A DNA stretch of 64,000 bases from Gemmatimonadaceae bacterium (lineage in GTDB: Bacteria > Gemmatimonadota > Gemmatimonadetes > Gemmatimonadales > Gemmatimonadaceae): assembly GCA_044224875.1 (NCBI GenBank), contig JBGAJQ010000001.1:160001-224000 (forward strand). Reading direction: 5' to 3'. Within the stretch, counting starts at the first letter, position 1; each line of letters starts with the position of its first letter. The translations under genes were made by a program, and so were the position numbers. Positions 20,113-28,103 of the stretch are shown here, piece after piece. The notes below the pieces were generated by a model. That model saw nothing but the letters and a program-made list of their open reading frames with translations, was not told the DNA's origin and made no database searches.

Positions 20113-20187
20113 CACGCGGGAATGCATCCTCGCGCCGGCGCGCGAGCACGATAGATTCGTTCCCGGTCGCTCACGGAGCCTATCGAC

Positions 20188-21981
20188 GTGTTCCTTGGCA
20201 GTCCGAAATCCGAGAAACAGCATGACGTGATCGTGGTGGGATCGGGTGCTGGGGGCGGTATGGCCGCCTACCAGCTGTCCGTGGCCGGCCTGAAGGTGTT
20301 GGTGCTGGAGGCCGGGCGACGATACGACCCCGCGGTCGAGACCCCGATGTTCAAGCTTCCGCGCGAGGCGCCACTGCGCGGAGCTGGGTACAAGGAGAAG
20401 CCCTTCGGCTTTTACGACGCCACTGTCGACGGCGGGTGGGAGGTGCCGGGCGAGCCGTACACGACGGCGCAGGGCAGCGATTTCCTGTGGTGGCGCGCAC
20501 GCATGTTAGGCGGCCGCACCAATCATTGGGGTCGCATTTCGCTCCGCATGGGTGCTTACGACTTCAAACCGAAGTCCCGTGACGGTCTTGGTGCAGACTG
20601 GCCACTGGACTACGCCGACCTCGCACCCTACTACGACAAGACCGAGATGCTCATTGGCGTGTACGGCGGCGACGATGACCTCGAAAACACTCCACGGTCA
20701 TCACCCGGCGTCCTCATGCCGCCGCCAGCGCCACGGGCAACCGAGCTCCTGGCGAAGAAGGCGTGCACGCCGCTCGGTATCCCGGTGATTCCTGCGCACC
20801 TGGCGATCATGACCAAGCGTCAGGACGCCGCGACGTTGCCAAAGAAGTTGCATCATGGGAACCCACTTGCGCAGCGCGTCTTGGCCCAGTCGATGGCAGC
20901 GCGTCAGGCATGCTTCTGGGCAACGCCGTGCGGCAACGGTTGCTCGATCCGCGCCAACTTCCAGTCCACCACAGTGCTCTTGCCGCCCGCGATGGCGACG
21001 GGCAACTGCGACATCGTGAACGACGCGATGGTGCGCGAAGTGACCGTCGATTCGCAGGGTCGGGCAACCGGTGTTCACTACATCGACAAGCGGACACGCA
21101 GCGACCATCACGTGAAGGCGCGCGTGGTCGTGCTGGCTGCGAGCGCGTGCGAGACCGCACGCATTCTGCTCAACTCGAAGAGCTCACAATTCCCCAACGG
21201 CCTCTCCAATGGCAGCGGCCTGGTTGGGAAGTACCTGATGGACACGGTGGGCGCAGGCATCGGTGGTCAGATCCCAGCGCTCGAGAACACGCCCCCGCAC
21301 AACCAGGACGGTGCGTCTGGCATGCACATGTACATGCCGTGGTGGAAGTACAAGGAGCAGCTGGCGGGGGACCTGGGATTCGCCCGCGGCTATCACGTGG
21401 AGTTTGGCGGCGGACGCGACATGCCCGGCTCGGGCGCATTCGGCGGACTGGAACGCTACACTGAAGGCGCGTACGGCAAACGATTCAAGGAAGCCGCGCG
21501 ACGGTACTACGGATCGTGGATGTGGTTCGATGGCCGCGGAGAGATGATACCTAACGAAGACTGCTACTGCGAACTGGACCCCAACGTGACGGACCAGTGG
21601 GGAATTCCAGTGCTTCGTTTTCACTGGAAGTGGTCGGAACACGAGACGCGACAAGCCGCTCACATGGTGAAAACCTTTGCCGAGATCATTTCGGCGTTAG
21701 GCGGCAAGGTGAATGGGACGGTGGAGACCGACGGTGCAAAGGTCATTGCCAAGGGCGGGCAGATCATCCATGAAGTGGGCACGTGTCGCATGGGCAGCGA
21801 GGCATCGAGTTCGGTCCTGAACCAGTGGTGCCAGTCGTGGGAGACGAAGAACCTCTTCGTCACCGACGGCGCTCCCTTCGTCTCCAACGCGGACAAGAAT
21901 CCCACCCTGAGTATTCTGGCGTTGGCCTGGCGAACGACCGACTACATCGTCGATCAACTCAAGCAGCGGAATATCGGATGA
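20188..21981 (+). CDS. GMC family FAD oxidoreductase (glycoside 3-dehydrogenase-like large subunit)
   Basis: 'IVVGSGAGGG', 'LGGRTNHWGR', Cys cluster 'CFWATPCGNGC', 'HEVGTCRMG', 'KNPTLSILALA'. Confidence 0.92.
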   Translation: MFLGSPKSEKQHDVIVVGSGAGGGMAAYQLSVAGLKVLVLEAGRRYDPAVETPMFKLPREAPLRGAGYKEKPFGFYDATVDGGWEVPGEPYTTAQGSDFLWWRARMLGGRTNHWGRISLRMGAYDFKPKSRDGLGADWPLDYADLAPYYDKTEMLIGVYGGDDDLENTPRSSPGVLMPPPAPRATELLAKKACTPLGIPVIPAHLAIMTKRQDAATLPKKLHHGNPLAQRVLAQSMAARQACFWATPCGNGCSIRANFQSTTVLLPPAMATGNCDIVNDAMVREVTVDSQGRATGVHYIDKRTRSDHHVKARVVVLAASACETARILLNSKSSQFPNGLSNGSGLVGKYLMDTVGAGIGGQIPALENTPPHNQDGASGMHMYMPWWKYKEQLAGDLGFARGYHVEFGGGRDMPGSGAFGGLERYTEGAYGKRFKEAARRYYGSWMWFDGRGEMIPNEDCYCELDPNVTDQWGIPVLRFHWKWSEHETRQAAHMVKTFAEIISALGGKVNGTVETDGAKVIAKGGQIIHEVGTCRMGSEASSSVLNQWCQSWETKNLFVTDGAPFVSNADKNPTLSILALAWRTTDYIVDQLKQRNIG

Positions 21982-22658
21982 GCGACGCACAGGAGACGCC
22001 GATGAAGCGACGCGAGGCACTCAAGGTCATCGCCACCACGGCCGCCGCCATTCCCCTCGCTGAAGGCGTCGCGCCGCGCGAGGCGGCGGCCAGTCCACTC
22101 CCCGTCCTGGACGAGCAAGCTGCACCCGCCGCGCCGTTGGGCGGTCCGAGAGGGACCGCGAGCGACCCGGATCTTCAACGGCCCGTCGCGAACTGGCCGC
22201 GAAAGTTGACGAGTGCAGAACTGGTGACGCTGACGGCGCTGTGCGACATGATCATACCCGCTGACAGCAAGTCGCCAAGCGCCTCGGCGGTTGGCGTGCC
22301 GGCGTATATCAACGAGTATGTCAGTTGTCCGCGGGACTATTACCAGAAGGTGCTGATTCAGGTGCGCGGCGGACTGGTATGGTTGAACGTCGAAAGCAAC
22401 CGCCGCTTCCAGCGGTCGTTCGCGCGCCTGACCGTTGCCGAACGAACCCAGATTTGCGATGACATTTGCTACGTGCCGCGCGCGAAGCCAGAGTTTCAGG
22501 CGGCAGCCCGCTTCTTTGATGTGGTGCGCGACCTGACGGCCGAGGGATTCTACACGACGGACGCGGGGATGAAGGATATTGGATACGTCGGCAACGTGGC
22601 CCTGCCGAAGTTCGATGGCCCCCCGCCTGAGGTCTTGAAGCACCTGGGACTGGCGTAG
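21978..22658 (+). CDS. Gluconate 2-dehydrogenase subunit-3 family protein with Tat signal
   Basis: ATGA overlap with the GMC gene; Tat-like 'KRREALK'; 'LCDMIIPAD', 'GFYTT..GM.DIGYVGN'. Confidence 0.88.
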   Translation: MSDAQETPMKRREALKVIATTAAAIPLAEGVAPREAAASPLPVLDEQAAPAAPLGGPRGTASDPDLQRPVANWPRKLTSAELVTLTALCDMIIPADSKSPSASAVGVPAYINEYVSCPRDYYQKVLIQVRGGLVWLNVESNRRFQRSFARLTVAERTQICDDICYVPRAKPEFQAAARFFDVVRDLTAEGFYTTDAGMKDIGYVGNVALPKFDGPPPEVLKHLGLA

Positions 22659-22749
22659 CCAGAGCATCGCACGCCCTTGGAGTCAGCTTCGACACGTCGC
22701 ACTCGACGTGAACGCGTCGTGACGCGGCCCGAGGAAGGTGGCGAAGCGA

Positions 22750-22776
22750 GCGCGCGCCCGACCGCTGGGCGCGCGC
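22750..22776. terminator. Hairpin between convergent genes
   Basis: GCGCGCGCCC-N7-GGGCGCGCGC. Confidence 0.4.
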
Positions 22777-22789
22777 CGTTGCTGCAAGA

Positions 22790-23971
22790 CTAGGCCTTAA
22801 TCGTGAACGCTCGCGACGTGGCCGGTTTGAGCGGAATCTCGCCGAGTGACCCGGTCACCGTGAGTGTGTACACGCCCCGCGTCGGAATGCGAATGTTCGG
22901 GAATGTCGCCGTTCCATCGCTCTGTGTCACCGCACGGAAGGTGACGCCACCTGGTTGCAGCGTCATGGTGATCTGCACACCACCGATCGGCGTGCCAAGA
23001 TTGGTGAGAGCGCGCACCTGCACGGCTGGCGAAATCGGCTGCTTGATGATGCCGTCACTGGGCTGCTGCGTGAAGATGATCGCATCGTTTCGCGGTGTCA
23101 CGATCACGGCGCCAGACGGACTCAAGCCGCTCAAGCTGCCACCGACACCGCCAAGCCCGAGTACTCCGTTGCCCGCCGGGCAGAAGGAGAGGGATACCAG
23201 GCCAAGCACCGATGAAGACGGCTGCGCGTTATGCAACAAGCGGGGCAGGGCGTAGAGTGCCGGATCGATGCAGATCCCCGCATTCAACGGCGCACTCGCC
23301 GGGAAGGCAGGATGCGCGGGGAACGACGACAGCTCAAACCCGGTAAAGGGCACACTGCCGTTCATCACCGGTGGTTCGTTGGTGAAGGTGCTAACGGGAC
23401 GCTCGTACCCAAAGAGAAGAAGTCGCTGTCCCGTGGTGGCACTCCAGCTGGGCGTTTCGGCGCCCCACTCCGGGTCGGCGGGCACCCGCTGCCCCGGCGA
23501 CGCATCGAAGGCCTGCGCCGATCCCGTGGGGTCCTGCGCACCCGCTCGCACTTCCAGCAGCCCTTCGTCGATGGCCACGTCCAGCGAATCGAGGTCGGAC
23601 GGATAGGCGGTGGAGCTGGTGCATCCGATGAATCCCTTGACGACCTCCTCGCCATCGGCGCCGCTGCCGGCCTGGCTGGTAGTTCCCCTGCCAGCTGCAA
23701 CGCGCGCCATGCCGTCAAAAGCCTTGGCATCGGCCGCTGGCGTGCCACCAGGCTGCCACAGAAGTTCGACGTCCTCGATGATGGCGAAGACCTCGTCGCG
23801 CGGCGATGAAAAGAAACGCTGCGCGCTCTGGCGCAAGGTGGTGAAATCGCACGCGATCGGCGCAGAGCCTAACGAGGCAGTGGGCGTGGTGCCGAGGATG
23901 GTGGCACTCGGGTCTCGTCCACAGGCAGCGAGGAGGAGACCAGCAGCAACAGCAGGGACGAGCGTGCGCAT
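22790..23971 (-). CDS. Hypothetical lipoprotein with C-terminal Ig-like domain
   Basis: Lipobox 'LLLAAC'; 'FTQQPS...ISPAVQV...T.SDGTATF....I...GVYTL'. Confidence 0.7.
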   Translation of the reverse strand: MRTLVPAVAAGLLLAACGRDPSATILGTTPTASLGSAPIACDFTTLRQSAQRFFSSPRDEVFAIIEDVELLWQPGGTPAADAKAFDGMARVAAGRGTTSQAGSGADGEEVVKGFIGCTSSTAYPSDLDSLDVAIDEGLLEVRAGAQDPTGSAQAFDASPGQRVPADPEWGAETPSWSATTGQRLLLFGYERPVSTFTNEPPVMNGSVPFTGFELSSFPAHPAFPASAPLNAGICIDPALYALPRLLHNAQPSSSVLGLVSLSFCPAGNGVLGLGGVGGSLSGLSPSGAVIVTPRNDAIIFTQQPSDGIIKQPISPAVQVRALTNLGTPIGGVQITMTLQPGGVTFRAVTQSDGTATFPNIRIPTRGVYTLTVTGSLGEIPLKPATSRAFTIKA

Positions 23972-24049
23972 GGCGGACCCGGTGGACAGAGGCCCTCCAT
24001 AGTGCACAACGTGTAAACGAATCCGCCAGTACCGGCAGCTTTCGCCTAG

Positions 24050-26569
24050 CTACCGAACGCCGATGAGCGACTTGTAGCGCGGATCCTCACGTATGGGGTC
24101 CAGCCACCACGACTCGTCATGCTGGGCGAGCGCCCGCTGCTGCGGATTGTTGGCCAGGTACTTGGTGAGCAGGCGGATGGCATCCTCCTTGTCACCCACC
24201 TGCGCGCGCGCAAAGGCTTCGAGTTGTGTCAATTCGCTGGTCGGGTCCAGCTGGCTCGGTGCTCGCGACGCGACCATCATCCGGCGCGCGCTGTCCGGGA
24301 GGCCAGCCCTGATGAGGGCGATGGCGGCAATCATCCCGCCCTTGTGACGGTCGAATTCCGTCAGATTTGCCGGACTGGCCTTCACGTACGCGTCGACGGC
24401 GGCCCAAATCGAGTCGACCGCCGGCTTCTGCCCAGGCATCGTCAACAGCCAAAGCCGGCACTCGCTGAAGCGGAAGTTGTCGGGAAAGCGCTCGCGACCC
24501 ACCGCGCACCACTTGGCGACCTCCGTGTGATTGCCAAGATCGAGTGACGTCATGACCAATCGATACAGCGTCTTGTCGGCATCCACGAGGTAGGGGTCGG
24601 ACTCGTACGCCGTCTGGGCGGCGAGCTTCGCCTCTGACGTCTGCGACTTCGCCATCAACAGGTGGCTGAGCGTGTTCCAGGCCGACGCCTGCAGTGAGTT
24701 CGCGGCAATAGAAGCACGAAAGTCTTTCTCGGCGTCGGCGAGGAGTCGATCGGCGCTGGGAGCGTCAGGTGCGAGGTTCAGCAGCCAGCGCAGGTACGTC
24801 AGGGTGGCACGCGACTCCAATGCGTCCGGATCGCCGGGAGCGCGGCGAACCGCTTCGCCAGCATGCCCCAATCCGAGATCGATGAACCTCGCATACTGTG
24901 TGGGGTCACCTGGCCCGAGCAAGCGGGCCAGCCGATAGGCGAGTTTCGCCCGCTCGGCGGGCGGGGCGGCCCAGCGCGTGTCCATGGCCTGGACGGAGGC
25001 GAGCTGCGAGTCCGCTTGTATGAGCTGACGGCTGGCGGCATCCACCTGGCCGTCGGCGAGCAGCGAACCGGCGCCGGTCACCGTCTCCAAGGCGCGTTGC
25101 ATGGCTTCCCATGCCTTGGGGTCGCGGCTCCCTCCCTTACTGACGAGAAGCTCGACCTCGTGCCCCACCTGCTTGCGCAGAAAGCGAGCGACTTCGGCCG
25201 CCAGGTCGTCTTGCAGGGCAAACAGGTCGGCCCGTGACCGGTCGTCCAGGGTGGTGGACCCGATCTCGCGCTTGGTGAGCGCGTCCTCCACCGAAATCCG
25301 CAGCCGCAACCGCTCGCCGGATTGCGACACGCTACCGCTCACGATCGTCCCGACCTTCAACAAGCGCCCAACGCTGTCACCGGGAATCTTCTGTCCCCGC
25401 AGCGGTAACACACCGTTTCGCGAGATCACGACGAATGGCTTCACACGCGCCAGTTCGCTGATCAGCGCCTCGGTGAAGCCGTCGGCCAGGGGACGAAGCT
25501 CGCCGTTGGGGCTTTGATCGTCGAAATACAAGACGGCGATGTGATTGGGGTCGAAGTCGGTGCCAATGCGCTCGATGGCGGGCGCCGTCCCCCATTTCGT
25601 CCACCCCCACCAACCTAACGTGGCAACAATCAGCACGCCCACCACCGCCGCCCAGCCCACGGTCCGACCGCGCGGTGCACGTACAGGGGCCGGTATGGCC
25701 GTTCGTTGTCCGGAGCGCGTGGGGGGCTCACGATGGGTCCGGCCCGTCAGAGCATCCGCAAACTCCACGGCCGTCGCGAAGCGGTCCGCTGCGGTCTTCT
25801 CCAGCGCACACAAGACCGCGTCTTCGACTGGCTGAGGAACGCTCGCCCGCACGATGCGAATGCTGGGCACCTGCTCCATGGCGTGCTTGGCCATCAGCGC
25901 CATCGGCGAGGCACCGGTGAACGGCGGCGACCCGGCCAGCATTTCATACAACACACAACCAAGCGAGTAGATGTCACTCGCCGGCGTGAGGTCTCGCTCC
26001 CCAGCCGCTTGCTCGGGGCTCATGTATGTCGGCGTTCCGATGGCAACACCCGTGAGGGTCAACTTCTCACCGCCAGCGTCGGTGACTGCCTTGGCGATGC
26101 CAAAGTCCGCGACGAACGCGTGGCCACCCGCCAGCAGAATGTTGGCAGGCTTGATGTCCCGATGGATCACCGAGTGATCGTGCGCATAGGAAAGTGCGTC
26201 GGCGACTTGCTCGGCGATGGCCAGGGCTTGGTCGATCGGAAGCTGTTTCTCGCGATCGAGACGATCCCGCAACGACTCGCCCTCGACCAGCGGCATGACG
26301 TAGTACAGGAGGCCGTCCTCTTCTCCTGAATCGAGGACGCCGAGGATGTGCGGATGGACGAGGTTTCGCCCGACCTCGATCTCCTTGAGGAAGCGAGTTG
26401 CACCCAGCGTTGCCGCGAGGTCGGGGTCGAGCACCTTCACGGCGACCCGACTACCGGTCGTGACATCGGTCGCGACAAAAACCACGGCCATGCCCCCGCG
26501 ACCAAGCACACGCTCGATCTGGTAGCGGCCTTGGAGACAACGACCAATCACGTCCAACGTTTGGGTCAT
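24050..26569 (-). CDS. Hanks-type Ser/Thr protein kinase with TM helix, TolB-like and TPR-like regions
   Basis: 'GRGGMAVV', 'VAVKVL', 'HRDIKPANI', 'DFG', 'GTPTYMSPE'; TM 'WAAVVGVLIVATLGWWGW'; 'IAVLYF' domain. Confidence 0.93.
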   Translation of the reverse strand: MTQTLDVIGRCLQGRYQIERVLGRGGMAVVFVATDVTTGSRVAVKVLDPDLAATLGATRFLKEIEVGRNLVHPHILGVLDSGEEDGLLYYVMPLVEGESLRDRLDREKQLPIDQALAIAEQVADALSYAHDHSVIHRDIKPANILLAGGHAFVADFGIAKAVTDAGGEKLTLTGVAIGTPTYMSPEQAAGERDLTPASDIYSLGCVLYEMLAGSPPFTGASPMALMAKHAMEQVPSIRIVRASVPQPVEDAVLCALEKTAADRFATAVEFADALTGRTHREPPTRSGQRTAIPAPVRAPRGRTVGWAAVVGVLIVATLGWWGWTKWGTAPAIERIGTDFDPNHIAVLYFDDQSPNGELRPLADGFTEALISELARVKPFVVISRNGVLPLRGQKIPGDSVGRLLKVGTIVSGSVSQSGERLRLRISVEDALTKREIGSTTLDDRSRADLFALQDDLAAEVARFLRKQVGHEVELLVSKGGSRDPKAWEAMQRALETVTGAGSLLADGQVDAASRQLIQADSQLASVQAMDTRWAAPPAERAKLAYRLARLLGPGDPTQYARFIDLGLGHAGEAVRRAPGDPDALESRATLTYLRWLLNLAPDAPSADRLLADAEKDFRASIAANSLQASAWNTLSHLLMAKSQTSEAKLAAQTAYESDPYLVDADKTLYRLVMTSLDLGNHTEVAKWCAVGRERFPDNFRFSECRLWLLTMPGQKPAVDSIWAAVDAYVKASPANLTEFDRHKGGMIAAIALIRAGLPDSARRMMVASRAPSQLDPTSELTQLEAFARAQVGDKEDAIRLLTKYLANNPQQRALAQHDESWWLDPIREDPRYKSLIGVR

Positions 26570-26770
26570 CTCGAGAATCCTGGCTCGTGGAGCACCGTGG
26601 ACCACCGGATACTAGGGGTGGTTGAGGCAGGCGGCCAGAGCGTGGCACGCTCGCGGGCCGCCACAGTCCGACGGTCGACATCCGCGCAGGGCAGGAGAAT
26701 TGGGGTGACCCGAACGAACGACGCCCCCAGCCGCATGACCGGGGGCGCCGTGTGAGGGGACTGCGGGTCG

Positions 26771-27436
26771 CTAGTTGGGAGGCACGCGAAGTCCTGCATG
26801 CTGTCCCTCGCGCACCGCGATCCGCTCGCTGGCGAGATCCTGTCCGTTCTCCAGGTGCACGAAGATCACGATCGACTTGTCCGTTCTGATGACCGATTTC
26901 GGCAATCGAAAGGTCGTACGACCGTTAGCCTTCGCATCACCGAGCCGCACGGCGAAGGTGTTCATATGGGCCAAGACCGTGACCGGTTCGGCGCGAGGAT
27001 TTTCAACGGTCAGGGTGGTGCTGGCCAACTCCTCCGGGTTCAACACCTCCTGCATGGAATCCGCAGGCTCAGGCACGCCACCTTCTGGGGGCACCAGCAG
27101 CGCGATATGCGCAAGCCGCGGCAGTGTGAAGTGCTGCGATCCCAAGTCCTGCTCGCCGTCAGGCCGTACGAACAACCGGATGTCCTTGTGCCCCTCGATG
27201 GCCCATGCCGGCAGCCGCAACGTCGACACGGCAAGCGCCGGGACGACACCGAGCCGTCGATCAAAACGCCCGAATTCCATATAGACCGCGACGGCCTTCT
27301 TTCGTGCGTTCTGGACCGTGATGACGTTGACGGTATCGACCGTCACGACTGGCGGGAGCTTCTGCGGATTTTGTGCAGGCAGGTTCATCCCCAGCACTCC
27401 GAAGGCGAATGCCGCCACTGCAACGGAGCGTTTCAT
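26771..27436 (-). CDS. Hypothetical secreted protein with internally duplicated beta domain
   Basis: Signal peptide; two roughly 85-aa repeats; RBS GGAGG before ATG 27436. Confidence 0.75.
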   Translation of the reverse strand: MKRSVAVAAFAFGVLGMNLPAQNPQKLPPVVTVDTVNVITVQNARKKAVAVYMEFGRFDRRLGVVPALAVSTLRLPAWAIEGHKDIRLFVRPDGEQDLGSQHFTLPRLAHIALLVPPEGGVPEPADSMQEVLNPEELASTTLTVENPRAEPVTVLAHMNTFAVRLGDAKANGRTTFRLPKSVIRTDKSIVIFVHLENGQDLASERIAVREGQHAGLRVPPN

Positions 27437-27684
27437 AAATCCCTCCCGATCCGCGATTTGGATCAACGACCTACGGAGCCGACAGACAACGAATCGATAG
27501 ACTCGTCAACCTTCCTCGACTCCAAGGTCAAGCTTACGAAGGGTGGGTGTCCGCGGGTATCGGCGTTTTCGGTGTATTTCCGTCATCCCTTCCTTTGCAT
27601 CCATTGGGGTGCCAAGCACCCCAATGCATGCGCCCATGGAACCAGCATCGCTCCGTGTGCGACCATACCGATCGCGTCATTTGC

Positions 27685-27730
27685 TCTTGATTGTCACATC
27701 TTGACAATCAAGATGAATGATGACTATCGT
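27685..27730 (+). promoter_or_regulatory. padR promoter with inverted-repeat operator
   Basis: Perfect 12-bp IR TCTTGATTGTCA-N5-TGACAATCAAGA (27685-27713) containing TTGACA (27701-27706); TATCGT 18 nt downstream. Confidence 0.7.
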
Positions 27731-27763
27731 GCTCCAGCGAGGCAAAGGCCAAGGGGGGGCGCA

Positions 27764-28099
27764 ATGGACGAACCGAACACCGACGTCATTCAGGGGACGA
27801 TGGATCTCCTCATCCTCAAGACCTTGAGTCTCACGCCCCTGCATGGCTTTGGAATCGCCAGGCGCATCGAGCAGGTGTCGCGCGGGGTGTTCAAGGTCAA
27901 CCCTGGGTCGCTGCTCACGGCCTTGCAGCGTCTGGAACGCGCCGGGTGGCTGGATGCGGAGTGGCAGCAAACGGAGAACGCGCGGCGCGCACGCGTCTAC
28001 ACATTGACGCGCGCCGGTCGAAAGCAGCTTGAACTAGAGACCGAAGATTGGTCGAGACGAGCGTCGGCCGTGGCTCGCTTGCTCAAGGCGGGAGCGTAG
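27764..28099 (+). CDS. PadR family transcriptional regulator (acidobacterial type)
   Basis: 'QGTMDLLILKTL...HGFGIARRIEQ...GSL..ALQRLE..GWL.AEW..TEN.RRAR.Y.LT..GRKQL'. Confidence 0.93.
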   Translation: MDEPNTDVIQGTMDLLILKTLSLTPLHGFGIARRIEQVSRGVFKVNPGSLLTALQRLERAGWLDAEWQQTENARRARVYTLTRAGRKQLELETEDWSRRASAVARLLKAGA

Positions 28100-28103
28100 T
28101 GCC

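Noticed and set aside
26798..27763. Long N-terminal extensions in the ORF track (433-aa PadR ORF; likewise 31914-32501, 49904-50458 and 60985-61194)
   Set aside because: These are shadow frames overlapping real genes. Motif positions and RBS or stop-codon overlaps support the shorter starts.
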